Sequence record: OK570374
Origin: Escherichia phage UoN_LG358_1
Direction: 5' to 3' (one strand)
DNA length: 64,000 nucleotides
Each line of letters opens with the position of its first letter. The stretch's first letter is position 1. The notes under the pieces are model-generated. The model was not told the DNA's origin, made no database searches, and saw only the letters and a list, made by a program, of their open reading frames with translations. This document shows, one piece after another, positions 29,102-38,393 of the stretch. The translations under genes were made by a program, and so were the position numbers.

Positions 29102-31321
29102 ATGGCTACTATAAAGCAAATTCAATTTAAAAGAACAAAAGTAGCAGGCTCTCGTCCTACTGCAGCTCAACTCGCTGAAGGCGAACTTGCTATTAACTTA
29201 AAAGACCGCACTATTTTTACAAAAGATGATTTGAACCAAATTATCGATTTAGGTTTTGCTAAAGGCGGCGAAGTATCAGGAGATATCACGCAGGTTGGTA
29301 ATTATACCCAAACCGGAAATTATAATCTAACTGGTGATGCTAATGTATCTGGTAAAATTACCACCAACGCATTAGATGTCAGTACTATTTCAGACCTAAG
29401 ACAAACTAACTTTAGACCTGTATTAAGCACAACAGCGGGTTCTAATTTTATTATATCAAACTCCGGCGGTTTAATCAAACCAATTACTTTGACAGTAGAA
29501 GGAACAGCAACAAGCTCAAACACTATTCTTCGTCATACTGTTGATACTACTGTGGCTGCTAGCGGATTTATTGATTCAATTAATGTTTCTCTTAATCCCA
29601 CTGACGGGGCTCTGGTTACAGCTCTTAATGGTACGGTGAATATCGGTAGTTCCCTTAAAACTCCTAAACTTTCTGTTTCCGGCGCCGAAACTATTTTAGG
29701 AGATTATAGCATTTCAATCGGTGATAATGATACCGGATTTAGATGGTCTTCTGATGGAATATTCAATACAGTAACTAATGGAACTTCGATTTACACTCAT
29801 TCTAATGGGATTACTTATTCTAACCGTCCAACACATTTCCGCTATACATCAGATAATGATGCTATGACGCCAACCGCCGTGTTTGATGGCGGTTATTTAG
29901 CTTTGGTAGATACTTCCACTGATGGCAATGCTTATGGCGACGCAATGAGCTATCTCGGTTATAAAGATGCTGCTGGTTATAGTTTTTATTTCCGTGGCGG
30001 TGGAACATTTAATGTAGCTTCTAAAGGCGGATTTAATGTAGATACAGCTGCTGCTTTTTCCAAAACGGTTGATGTATCTGATATTCTAACATGCAGCTCT
30101 ATTATTAAAGCTAAAGGCCCAGGTCAAGTTGACGTTACTAGTGCTGGTAATATTGCACTTGGCGGAACTATTCAATGGGTGCCTTCGTATATGAGCGGAA
30201 GCCCAAGTAAAGCACGAGATACTATAGCTATGGCGGCGTGGGGCGATGGGGCGCAACGAGTAAACGTACTTGAGACATCTGATTCATCTGGCTGGTGGTA
30301 TTATATTCAGCGAGCGTCTCCTAGTATTTCTCCTACCGGTGTAGAAGGTCGTATTAACGGGACGTGGCAAGCTTCAGATTTAATTTCTGATAATACTCTT
30401 AAAGTGGCAGGAGCTTTCACCTGCACTAGAAGAAACTCAGCGTCATGGGGTGATAACGCTGGATGGTATGCAGGAGCAACTCCTGTTGTAGTTAATCAAG
30501 GAAACATCCAAGAAATGGACCCGGGCGTAGGAGGTTTTTATCCTGGATTTGCCCAATATAACGTGAATGGAACCGGATGGAAACAAGCGTTTATGCTAGG
30601 TTTATTAGGTCAAGGTGTACAAAGATGGCGGCGAGGAGTATTAGCTCTTAGAGGTGATGGTCCCGTTGATGCTGGACAACAAATAGCACGTTGGTATTTT
30701 AGTCAAGAAGACGGAAGTTTAGAATCAGAAGGTCCACTGAAAGCTCCTAGCGTTCAGGCCGGTCAAATAACATCTTTTGGTGTGAACGTTACAAACGCGT
30801 TAGGTAGTGCGTCTATAGCCATTGGCGATAATGATAGCGGGTTGCGCTGGGTCAGTGACGGTATTATACAACTTATGGCGAATGGAGGACCTGTTGCAAC
30901 ATGGGATTCGGGTTCATTTTATACGGCAGAGGGAAAAGGGCTTTCATCTAACGGAGCAATGTGGTGCCGCGATAACTTAGACGTCAATGATGTTTATATT
31001 CGTTCTGACATTAGAGCTAAATCAAATATCAAACTGATTGAAAATGCTCAAGAAAAATCTAAGAAATTAGGCGGTTACACTTATCTGCTGAAAAACACTG
31101 AATCTGGTGAAATAAAACCTTCTGCTGGATTGATAGCTCAAGAAGTTCAAGATGTTTTACCTGAGTTGGTCACTAAAGACAAAGACACTGGGTATTTGCG
31201 TCTGAACTATAACGGTATTATTGGTTTAAATACTGCTACAATCAACGAACATACAGATGAAATTAATTCACTTAAATCTGAAATCGCTGAACTTAAAGCA
31301 CTTATTAAATCATTAATGTAA
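29102..31321 (+). CDS. 37: long tail fibre distal subunit gp37 with C-terminal intramolecular chaperone-like domain
   Basis: 739 aa; N-terminus MATIKQIQFKRTKVAGSRPTAAQLAEGELAINL; C-terminus contains DVYIRSDIRAKSNI and coiled-coil tail typical of auto-processing IMC (S74-like) domains. Confidence 0.85.
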   Translation: MATIKQIQFKRTKVAGSRPTAAQLAEGELAINLKDRTIFTKDDLNQIIDLGFAKGGEVSGDITQVGNYTQTGNYNLTGDANVSGKITTNALDVSTISDLRQTNFRPVLSTTAGSNFIISNSGGLIKPITLTVEGTATSSNTILRHTVDTTVAASGFIDSINVSLNPTDGALVTALNGTVNIGSSLKTPKLSVSGAETILGDYSISIGDNDTGFRWSSDGIFNTVTNGTSIYTHSNGITYSNRPTHFRYTSDNDAMTPTAVFDGGYLALVDTSTDGNAYGDAMSYLGYKDAAGYSFYFRGGGTFNVASKGGFNVDTAAAFSKTVDVSDILTCSSIIKAKGPGQVDVTSAGNIALGGTIQWVPSYMSGSPSKARDTIAMAAWGDGAQRVNVLETSDSSGWWYYIQRASPSISPTGVEGRINGTWQASDLISDNTLKVAGAFTCTRRNSASWGDNAGWYAGATPVVVNQGNIQEMDPGVGGFYPGFAQYNVNGTGWKQAFMLGLLGQGVQRWRRGVLALRGDGPVDAGQQIARWYFSQEDGSLESEGPLKAPSVQAGQITSFGVNVTNALGSASIAIGDNDSGLRWVSDGIIQLMANGGPVATWDSGSFYTAEGKGLSSNGAMWCRDNLDVNDVYIRSDIRAKSNIKLIENAQEKSKKLGGYTYLLKNTESGEIKPSAGLIAQEVQDVLPELVTKDKDTGYLRLNYNGIIGLNTATINEHTDEINSLKSEIAELKALIKSLM

Positions 31322-31325
31322 TAAA

Positions 31326-31339
31326 GGGCCTTCGGGCCC
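31326..31339 (+). promoter_or_regulatory. stable stem-loop (GGGCC-UUCG-GGCCC) in 37-38 intergenic leader
   Basis: perfect 5-bp GC stem with UUCG tetraloop, no U-tract, immediately before SD GGAGG of gene 38. Confidence 0.4.
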
Positions 31340-31350
31340 TGGAGGTTATT

Positions 31351-32130
31351 ATGGCAGTTGTAGGAATTCCAGGAAATATAGGGTCATCCGCCAAGGCAGA
31401 AACAGGACAAGCAAGCATGTCAGCTGCTGCGGTACAATTAAGACTACCTGCTACCGATGTATGGATGTCGCAATTTGCTGGTCTCTCTAAAGAAGAAATT
31501 TGGGAATGGACTGGTCCAAATCACAGTTTTAATAAAGATTGGTTAATAGGCGAACTTCGTAATAGAGGCGGTACTCCTGTGGTAATTAATATAAGAGCTG
31601 ACCAGGTTTCGCATACAGCAGGAGTTCCCTTGTTTGAATTTCCTGGAGACCTTCCAAACGCGTATGTTACACTCAACATTTATGCTACTATATACGGTAG
31701 AGGCGGTAATGGAGGAGGTCGCGGTAATGGAGATAAAGGCGGCGATTGTATTCATAACTGGATAGGGAATCGGTTAAGAATTAATAACCAAGGATGGATA
31801 TGCGGCGGTGGCGGCGGCGGCGGCGGGTCATATTGGGACCCAGGTTGGGGAAATCCGCAATACGGAGCCGGTGGTGGCGGCAGACCATTTGGTGTAGCTC
31901 CTTGGACTAATTTTAATACCCCAGCAACCAATGGTACACTCGAAGCGCCAGGCCATGGTTCAAGAGGAGGCAACTTTGGCGGTGGCGACGGTGGTCAGAC
32001 TGGCGCAAATGGCGGAGGTGCTTGGGGCCCGTCTGGAGAATTATATGGCGGTGGCGCATCTGGACACGCAGTAGTAGGAACCTCTCCTCAATGGATAAAC
32101 ACTGGTAATATTGCTGGTCCTTGGTTATAA
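31351..32130 (+). CDS. 38: receptor-binding adhesin gp38 (T2-type, glycine-rich motifs)
   Basis: 259 aa; several poly-Gly motifs (GGGGGGGGS, GGGG, GGGDGG) separated by variable segments. Confidence 0.8.
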   Translation: MAVVGIPGNIGSSAKAETGQASMSAAAVQLRLPATDVWMSQFAGLSKEEIWEWTGPNHSFNKDWLIGELRNRGGTPVVINIRADQVSHTAGVPLFEFPGDLPNAYVTLNIYATIYGRGGNGGGRGNGDKGGDCIHNWIGNRLRINNQGWICGGGGGGGGSYWDPGWGNPQYGAGGGGRPFGVAPWTNFNTPATNGTLEAPGHGSRGGNFGGGDGGQTGANGGGAWGPSGELYGGGASGHAVVGTSPQWINTGNIAGPWL

Positions 32131-32133
32131 ATA
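32126..32133 (+). promoter_or_regulatory. T4 late promoter TATAAATA for holin gene t
   Basis: exact TATAAATA overlapping gene 38 stop codon, 17 nt upstream of t ATG. Confidence 0.5.
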
Positions 32134-32149
32134 TCTCTAAGGAGATAAT

Positions 32150-32806
32150 ATGGCTTCAAAAATTTCGTTACCAATAACGGATATAATTTTTGGAGTATGG
32201 GACAGAGTTTTTAAAGATAATGCATCCGGGAGGGTTTTAGTCTCCCGGGTTGTTGTTGTAATTATTTTCTTTGTACTTGGATTAGTTTGGTCAAAAAGCG
32301 ATGCAATACTAACCACTTACAGAGATTCGTCTTACGATACGTACGCGAAAATTATACAACAAGAACGCGAATCACGCTTTGAAACAACTGCTCTGGAACA
32401 GCTTCAAATAGTTCACATATCCAGCGGAGCAGATTTCACTGCTGTGTATTCGTTTAGACCCAAAAATTTAAATTATTTTGTTGATTTAATAGCGTATGAG
32501 GGTAGATTACCTTCAACCGTTTCGGAAAAAAGTCTTGATGGTTTCCCGGTTGATAAAACTACTAATGAATATTCTACACATTTAGGAGGAAGAGTTTTTA
32601 AATCATCACAAGAATTTGCTTTTCTACCGTCAAAGAAAAAAACAACTGAATTAAAATACATGTTCAGTTGTCCTTACTTCAATTTAGATAATATATATGC
32701 CGGGACTGTTTCTATGTACTGGTACGATGGAGCTCCAAGTGTAAGCCCGGAACGACTTGAATCGATATGCGGTCAAGCCGCTCGTACATTAGGAAGGTCA
32801 CGTTAG
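32150..32806 (+). CDS. t: holin
   Basis: 218 aa; one N-terminal TM segment; ...LEQLQIVHISSGADFTAVYSFRPKNLNYFVDLIAYEG...CPYFNLDNIYAG matches recalled T4 holin T. Confidence 0.9.
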   Translation: MASKISLPITDIIFGVWDRVFKDNASGRVLVSRVVVVIIFFVLGLVWSKSDAILTTYRDSSYDTYAKIIQQERESRFETTALEQLQIVHISSGADFTAVYSFRPKNLNYFVDLIAYEGRLPSTVSEKSLDGFPVDKTTNEYSTHLGGRVFKSSQEFAFLPSKKKTTELKYMFSCPYFNLDNIYAGTVSMYWYDGAPSVSPERLESICGQAARTLGRSR

Positions 32807-33075
32807 TTGTTTGTGTGCATCGTCAGATGACGATAGATATCTTCAAACCCTTCATTAAATTCTTCAACGAGCATTCCTTTCTCTTCCGCAGTTAAATCAG
32901 AAATTATTTTTCTAAAGCTACTCTGATTTAACTGCTTCCAATTTTTATCATTACTCATTGTTTCATTAATAAAAGCAATAAAGTTATCTCGTTTATCAAC
33001 AATATCATCGCGACCAAATTTAATTAACAAAGACGCAATAGTAACAACTTCACGAGCAACTTCAAACTTAGTCAT
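32803..33075 (-). CDS. asiA: anti-sigma70 factor AsiA
   Basis: 90 aa; ...TIASLLIKFGRDDIVDKRDNFIAFINE...LNQSSFRKIISDLT...EEFNEGFE matches recalled T4 AsiA. Confidence 0.9.
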   Translation of the reverse strand: MTKFEVAREVVTIASLLIKFGRDDIVDKRDNFIAFINETMSNDKNWKQLNQSSFRKIISDLTAEEKGMLVEEFNEGFEDIYRHLTMHTNN

Positions 33076-33125
33076 CTTATATCCTTTAGTATTTAATTTT
33101 TAAATCAGTAAAACAGTATAGAAGT

Positions 33126-33155
33126 ATAGTATCAAAATTTTATGATGTTGTAAAC
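33126..33155 (-). promoter_or_regulatory. T4-type early promoter (GTTTAC-N18-TACTAT), asiA
   Basis: - strand GTTTAC 33155..33150, TACTAT 33131..33126. Confidence 0.6.
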
Positions 33156-33166
33156 GGTTAAGTGAA

Positions 33167-33427
33167 CTAATTTAAAACTTCCCAACGAACCATCAGATGC
33201 TCAGGTTGAGTTACGTACTCATTTCCAGAATTGTTCACTCGAATGGCGTAGCGACCATCAATCATCGAAGCTGATATATACCATTCGGCTCCTACCGGAC
33301 GAATCCTACGTCCCATCCAGTGACAGATTTCCATGGCCTCATGAAAAGAGTAATATTCTTTGTCCATTGCCAAATTAATCATCATAGTTTCAATATAACG
33401 CTGAATTTCTACAGTTTGGTTGCTCAT
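33167..33427 (-). CDS. hypothetical protein (86 aa), in the position of T4 arn
   Basis: ORF adjacent to asiA; identity not established. Confidence 0.4.
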   Translation of the reverse strand: MSNQTVEIQRYIETMMINLAMDKEYYSFHEAMEICHWMGRRIRPVGAEWYISASMIDGRYAIRVNNSGNEYVTQPEHLMVRWEVLN

Positions 33428-33786
33428 AATTTTCCATTCAATTCTTTAGATAAAATATTATCAAAATAAATCACGGCAGCTTCGAGAATGCTTGGATTTT
33501 GATAAGTAGAAAATTTGAAATTGCATCCAGAATAAGACCCTCCCATGTACTTCACCTGAACACCGTATTTTTTATAGACCTTTTCTTCTGCCCTCTCAAT
33601 TTCGTCAGGAAAATCACTTCCAAACTTTCCAAATTTAATTACTTCAGAATTGTGTAAATAACTGTGTTCTGTAACAATATTTTTATGCTTGAAAGTCATT
33701 TGGCTTTCCTTTATGTTTTTGTTTACGTCTGGAGTCATTAGTGGATTTCTTTTTATCTTTATGAAATCCACCTTTGTTAAAATCAT
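33424..33786 (-). CDS. hypothetical protein (120 aa)
   Basis: ORF in operon orientation. Confidence 0.45.
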   Translation of the reverse strand: MILTKVDFIKIKRNPLMTPDVNKNIKESQMTFKHKNIVTEHSYLHNSEVIKFGKFGSDFPDEIERAEEKVYKKYGVQVKYMGGSYSGCNFKFSTYQNPSILEAAVIYFDNILSKELNGKL

Positions 33787-33800
33787 TTTTTGCTACTAAG

Positions 33801-33998
33801 TTATTCAACTAATTTTCCTCTTGCGTTTTTAAGCTGTTTAACTTGGTGAGCCAAATGTTGCAGTGGAATATTTTCCTCTTGGTTAAGATTTCGTCTAATT
33901 AATTCAACAAACCACTCATATTTCGGTCTTTTTGATAATTCAGCTTTAAGCTTAGCATTTTCTTGTTCAGCTATAGTAGCTCTTTGTCTATAATCCAT
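33801..33998 (-). CDS. hypothetical protein (65 aa)
   Basis: ORF in operon orientation. Confidence 0.4.
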   Translation of the reverse strand: MDYRQRATIAEQENAKLKAELSKRPKYEWFVELIRRNLNQEENIPLQHLAHQVKQLKNARGKLVE

Positions 33999-34032
33999 TT
34001 AAAATGCCTTAAGTTTTTAATTTCTTTAATAA

Positions 34033-34404
34033 TTATTTGAACCACATTTTAATTCTCATCCATAGGGATTTCTGAACAGATTTGTTTACCCCATAAGAAC
34101 GAATTACTGGTTGAGATTCTTGTAGTTCCTTATAATCAGCTTTATACACTTCACATGCTGCAGGAATAAATGAACTAATTGCTGCCATAAAGTTTTTACG
34201 TTCGCATAAAAGATTCACTGAACTATCACGAATAATCAAATATTTTCCCGCTTTAACCTTCACAATAGTTCCAAGATACGCGCCATGATACCAAATATCC
34301 CAACCTTCTGAAGTAGGTTCTACACAACGCTGAAGTTCATTCATAATTGCAAAACGGTTCATATATTCCTCACAGTGTGTCAACGGAGTTAATGATAGTT
34401 TCAA
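34033..34404 (-). CDS. hypothetical protein (up to 123 aa; start uncertain)
   Basis: ORF overlapping motA 3' end; an internal Met start would remove most of the overlap. Confidence 0.4.
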   Translation of the reverse strand: MKLSLTPLTHCEEYMNRFAIMNELQRCVEPTSEGWDIWYHGAYLGTIVKVKAGKYLIIRDSSVNLLCERKNFMAAISSFIPAACEVYKADYKELQESQPVIRSYGVNKSVQKSLWMRIKMWFK

Positions 34405-35014
34405 TATTTTCTTGAGTGCGAGCGATATCTAAGTAAATATTTCCATTTTTTGAATGCTTGGCAGTCATACCAAGGTCTTCAAAGTGCTTAACTTGGTCGT
34501 CAGTCATTTTATAACCGGAAATACGGAAGTTACCTTTATTACTAACTTCAAAACTACGAATACCAAAAGTACGTTTTTCGAGAACCGCGATAAAGTTACT
34601 ACGATAAACATCAAGTTTTTTGATTTTGAAAAGTTCTTCTTTAGTTCCAAGAAGCTCCATCATAAAATCTTTATCTGCTTCCATGTCGCCAGTAATTGGG
34701 CGGGCTTTACGAGTATTACGTTTTTCTAAAAGTTCAGGAGCATTTTCCTGCGCATAAAGTACCGCCGCGTTTGAAATGATGTCCTGTGCTTCACCTGTGA
34801 TTACTAAACCATCACCAGATTTTTCAATTAATCCCTTCTTAATCAAAACACCAATATTACTGTTAACTGAAGATGATGTCATTTTATCTTCTAACTGCTC
34901 ACGAAGTTCAGCTGAAGTAACGAAATCTTGTTTAGCGACTTTAACTAAAATCGATGCAGTTTTTTCATTAAGAACATCATTAGAAGCTTTGATGATATAA
35001 GTTACTTTTGACAT
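34370..35014 (-). CDS. motA: middle transcription activator MotA
   Basis: MSKVTYIIKASNDVLNEKTA...NSNIGVLIKKGLIEKSGDGL...AQENAPELL matches recalled T4 MotA; start set at MSKVTY rather than the track's upstream Met. Confidence 0.9.
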   Translation of the reverse strand: MSKVTYIIKASNDVLNEKTASILVKVAKQDFVTSAELREQLEDKMTSSSVNSNIGVLIKKGLIEKSGDGLVITGEAQDIISNAAVLYAQENAPELLEKRNTRKARPITGDMEADKDFMMELLGTKEELFKIKKLDVYRSNFIAVLEKRTFGIRSFEVSNKGNFRISGYKMTDDQVKHFEDLGMTAKHSKNGNIYLDIARTQENIETIINSVDTL

Positions 35015-35052
35015 TTTATTTCTCCGATAATCTATTTGTTTGGTATGAAGTA

Positions 35053-35082
35053 ATAGTAACACAGTTTAAAGCAGATGTAAAC
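35053..35082 (-). promoter_or_regulatory. T4-type early promoter (GTTTAC-N18-TACTAT), motA
   Basis: - strand GTTTAC 35082..35077, TACTAT 35058..35053. Confidence 0.6.
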
Positions 35083-35084
35083 GG

Positions 35085-35363
35085 TTAGTTGTAAAATTTT
35101 ACGATAACTGCATTACCGTCTTTGAAGAGACCGTATTCAACACCATCAATTGTGATGATTTTACAAGGATACAAACAGTTGTTAATGAAAACTTTAGATT
35201 TGCCACGAACTGCTTTAATTTCAGTCCCGACACGGTTTGCATCAACTGTTTCTTTAAAGTTATTGTAGTAAAAACCATCTTCTTTAATTACAGAAACAGT
35301 CATTACACCACCGAAAGAACGATTGAAAGCGATAAGTTTAGTAGCCATAATTTTATTCTCCAA
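35085..35363 (-). CDS. hypothetical protein (92 aa)
   Basis: ORF with early promoter upstream. Confidence 0.45.
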   Translation of the reverse strand: MENKIMATKLIAFNRSFGGVMTVSVIKEDGFYYNNFKETVDANRVGTEIKAVRGKSKVFINNCLYPCKIITIDGVEYGLFKDGNAVIVKFYN

Positions 35364-35397
35364 GTTGTTTTGTTTACCATTTATTTGGTATGAAGTA

Positions 35398-35427
35398 ATA
35401 GTATCAAATCTTAAAGCAGAAGTAAAC
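35398..35427 (-). promoter_or_regulatory. T4-type early promoter (GTTTAC-N18-TACTAT)
   Basis: - strand GTTTAC 35427..35422, TACTAT 35403..35398. Confidence 0.6.
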
Positions 35428-35664
35428 GGCTGAAGTGAAATTTTTTAAAGTTAACCAGAACGGTTTAGAGGAACGCGGAAGAAAGGATGATTAATTATAT
35501 GGACCGGGCTCTAGAATTTACTAGAGCCGTATAGAGTTATAGCAAAATGAAGAGAAGTGCAAGAATAAGGGCTAAACCGCCTAAAACTACGACGATTGAC
35601 AACAACCCAGCCACCAAGACCGGACTCGCATACCAAAGAAAAACCGCTAATGAAATTATCAGAG

Positions 35665-37002
35665 CTATTCGCATAGCTCCTCCAAATCCTTCATAAACTC
35701 AACTTCCGGAGTGGTATCTTTCCAGTACTGATATTCTTTCTTAAGCTCTTTGGCAGCCTCTACGAGTTTTTTGGCTTCATCTGACGTGATGTGATAAATG
35801 TTCATACCAACCAATTTATCAATATGAGCCTTGAACAATTCAGTTTTCTCTAGTTCTGTTACAAGCTGCTTACGAGTTTTTCCTTGAATAACAATTTCGC
35901 CCGAAATCACTTGTTTGATGAATTGAGCTTTAGCTACTGCCAAGTTCAACTGAGTCAAAACGTCTTCACGCTTAAATTCAATTCGTTTTTCAACGAAAGT
36001 CTTACGGACTTCAACAAAATGTTTAATGAGTTCAGACGCTTTTTGAAACTTGTCGTTTAACTTGCCATTTTCGTCGATGACCACAATGAACTGTGAAAGT
36101 TTTTCAATTAATTTGAAATCTCGCATTACAGCATCATGTCGTTTATCTTCGTCTGCAGGTAACCCGTAATCTTTCTTGAATTTTACTTTAAAGCCAAAAC
36201 CGGATTTTGAACAGTCATCCGTATAAGTAATAAAACCTTTGTCTTCTAATGGGTCGAGTACTTTTTCAATGTAAGTATCGCGGTCAAATTTATATGGAAT
36301 TTCACTGATATACATCTGTGTAGCTGAAGTGAATTTATATACACCATGTAATTCAACCCCGCCGTCATCAGTTGGAACTATTTTGCCATTAAATTTTGGA
36401 AATTCAACTTCCGGCTCTTTATCAAGCTTTCCTTGCAAAGCGAGTTTAGTGCATTCTACAACTGACTTAAAACTGTGCGGAAGAATATTAGTTGCATATC
36501 CAGTAGCAATACCACGAACACCATTCAATAATACGGTAGGAATAACCGGAAGATAAAAAGCTGGTGGTGTATGTTCTTCGTCTTTGTGCTTTGGAGCAAT
36601 CTCTAAGTCTTTATAAACTTTACGGAAATTGTCAGAAATACGGCAAAAGATATAACGAGACGCGGCGGCTTTTTGTACTAAACGCGAACCAAAGTTACCT
36701 TGCCCGTCCAATAAAGGGAAATTGTTATTCCATGTATTAGCCATTAATGCCCCTGCGTCTTGAGCAGAGCCTTCACCATGATGATACCCTAAATCAGCTA
36801 CTCCGCCGGCGACTGATGCAAGCTTATGAAATTTTTCTTTATTACCTTTACTGAGGTCCAATGCTCGACGAATAACAAATCGCTGCACTGGTTTAAATCC
36901 GTCAATCATGTTAGGAATTGCACGATTTTCTACCGTGTAGATTGCGAATTCTTTAGCTTCAGTGTCAATAATACTTTGTAAACTTCTTTCATTTAATTGC
37001 AT
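35665..37002 (-). CDS. 52: DNA topoisomerase II medium subunit gp52 (GyrA-like)
   Basis: MQLNERSLQSIIDTEAKEFAIYTVENRAIPNMIDGFKPVQRFVI... matches recalled T4 gp52; start set at MQLN. Confidence 0.9.
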   Translation of the reverse strand: MQLNERSLQSIIDTEAKEFAIYTVENRAIPNMIDGFKPVQRFVIRRALDLSKGNKEKFHKLASVAGGVADLGYHHGEGSAQDAGALMANTWNNNFPLLDGQGNFGSRLVQKAAASRYIFCRISDNFRKVYKDLEIAPKHKDEEHTPPAFYLPVIPTVLLNGVRGIATGYATNILPHSFKSVVECTKLALQGKLDKEPEVEFPKFNGKIVPTDDGGVELHGVYKFTSATQMYISEIPYKFDRDTYIEKVLDPLEDKGFITYTDDCSKSGFGFKVKFKKDYGLPADEDKRHDAVMRDFKLIEKLSQFIVVIDENGKLNDKFQKASELIKHFVEVRKTFVEKRIEFKREDVLTQLNLAVAKAQFIKQVISGEIVIQGKTRKQLVTELEKTELFKAHIDKLVGMNIYHITSDEAKKLVEAAKELKKEYQYWKDTTPEVEFMKDLEELCE

Positions 37003-37144
37003 ATTATTTCCAATTACCAAATGTATGAACTGATGTCAATTATAACACGTGCGAAGAAAAGCGTCATCTGTAGTGCTATAAAATACGAACTTGCGAGAAT
37101 TATTCCAAATATCACTAAACAAATTGCGAGAATTGACAAAATTT

Positions 37145-37330
37145 TCATTTAATCATGCCAGTATAAAAGAACAGACGTTCAACCGCCAAAGCAGCTATTC
37201 CGAAACACACAGCTCCAAGAACTCTTGGCGGAGGGGCTAACCCCTCCCAAATAAACATCCCAGAAACTATAAATAACGGTATCATTATAATAAACATGGT
37301 CACCCATATAGTTTTAATTGCGTCATTCAT
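37145..37330 (-). CDS. small membrane protein (61 aa)
   Basis: two hydrophobic segments. Confidence 0.4.
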   Translation of the reverse strand: MNDAIKTIWVTMFIIMIPLFIVSGMFIWEGLAPPPRVLGAVCFGIAALAVERLFFYTGMIK

Positions 37331-37347
37331 AATGTTTCCTAGATAAT

Positions 37348-37491
37348 TTAAAATTGTTTAAGCGCGGAAACAACTAAAACTACGCCAAGAGTCAATTGAG
37401 CAACAAACTGAGCCACGAATGAAGACTCTCGTGTAACTGCAGTGTAAATTGCTAAACCAAACCACACCGACGCGATTAATAATGTCAACAT
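37348..37491 (-). CDS. small membrane protein (47 aa), possibly ac-like
   Basis: hydrophobic 47-aa ORF read from - strand (MLTLLIASVWFGLAIYTAV...); below track cutoff; position of T4 ac. Confidence 0.3.
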   Translation of the reverse strand: MLTLLIASVWFGLAIYTAVTRESSFVAQFVAQLTLGVVLVVSALKQF

Positions 37492-37502
37492 TTCAAATCC
37501 TC

Positions 37503-37949
37503 TTAATATTTCTGCAGAATAAATTTAAAATTATCATTTAACATGCGATTCATTTCTTCGAGGTTCTGAAATGCATCTTCGTGCTTACGAGTGAAAGCTA
37601 AAGACAATTGACCTTTACCATAGCCCGTTGTAAGAAGTTTCATTTTTTCAGCTGGAACGAATACCACACTATAAACTTGATGATTATTGCTCAAAGTGCG
37701 GCCAAGTTGAGAGCGTCCTTGACGAAATTGCGACAAAGTATTAGAAAACCCTGTTTTAGACCGTTGACGACCAACGTAACTACGAGATACTGCAAAACCG
37801 CCGTTATTCATAATAAAATAAAACCCTGGGCGAGATAGTTCTTCTTCCATAGGAACACCACACAGCCAGTTTGCGTTTTTAATCGTGCCAATTACAGTTG
37901 CGCCAGCTTTTGATAAAGTTTCGATAGACAAAAATGTACGACGGGTCAT
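37503..37949 (-). CDS. ndd: nucleoid disruption protein Ndd
   Basis: 148 aa; ...AGATVIGTIK...PGFYF...YVGRQRSKTGFS...RSQLGRT...KMKLLTTGYGKGQLSLAFTR...LEEMNRMLNDNFKF matches recalled T4 Ndd. Confidence 0.8.
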   Translation of the reverse strand: MTRRTFLSIETLSKAGATVIGTIKNANWLCGVPMEEELSRPGFYFIMNNGGFAVSRSYVGRQRSKTGFSNTLSQFRQGRSQLGRTLSNNHQVYSVVFVPAEKMKLLTTGYGKGQLSLAFTRKHEDAFQNLEEMNRMLNDNFKFILQKY

Positions 37950-38114
37950 ATTGATATCCTCAAGTTAAGTAATTTATTATCCTATAGTATCACATCTTTC
38001 AATTGTTGTAAACAGTTATGATAGTTTCCACAACAATAAGCTAAAACAAACGCAAATCAATGGGATAGATAATATCCAAATTAAACACCAAGCTTTACTG
38101 CTCATGATTATCTC

Positions 38115-38324
38115 TTAGTAATCTGCTAGCATGTCAACAATAGAATCGCGAAAATATTTAATGTTAATACGCTTAAAATCAATATCGCACTGTTTCGCCC
38201 CGGAAATAATCATTGAATTAAGTTCAGCTTCCAAAAATTGAAGTTCTTTCACGCATTCATTTTTATACTTAGCCATACCATGTTTTGCTTTGGCTTTCTT
38301 AAGATTAGATGAAGTGAATTCCAT
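38115..38324 (-). CDS. hypothetical early protein (69 aa)
   Basis: start set at MEFTSS; the track's MCYYYLIKTNE N-terminus is the translated promoter/leader cassette. Confidence 0.45.
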   Translation of the reverse strand: MEFTSSNLKKAKAKHGMAKYKNECVKELQFLEAELNSMIISGAKQCDIDFKRINIKYFRDSIVDMLADY

Positions 38325-38354
38325 TGGTTTATCCTCATTTGTTTTGATGAGATA

Positions 38355-38384
38355 ATAGTAACACATCCTTCCATGGATGTAAAC
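38355..38384 (-). promoter_or_regulatory. T4-type early promoter with palindromic spacer (GTTTAC-N18-TACTAT)
   Basis: - strand GTTTAC 38384..38379, TACTAT 38360..38355; spacer contains CATCC-AUGGAA-GGAUG inverted repeat. Confidence 0.6.
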
Positions 38385-38393
38385 GGCTGATAG

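Noticed and set aside
31752-31973. - strand ORF encoding a poly-proline stretch
   Set aside because: Reverse-complement artefact of the (GGC)n glycine-rich region of gene 38
38355-38366. N-terminal extension MCYYYLIKTNE shared by ORFs at 38115-38366 and 63424-63912
   Set aside because: It is the translation of the conserved early promoter/leader cassette and lies upstream of the predicted transcription start; true starts are the internal ATGs
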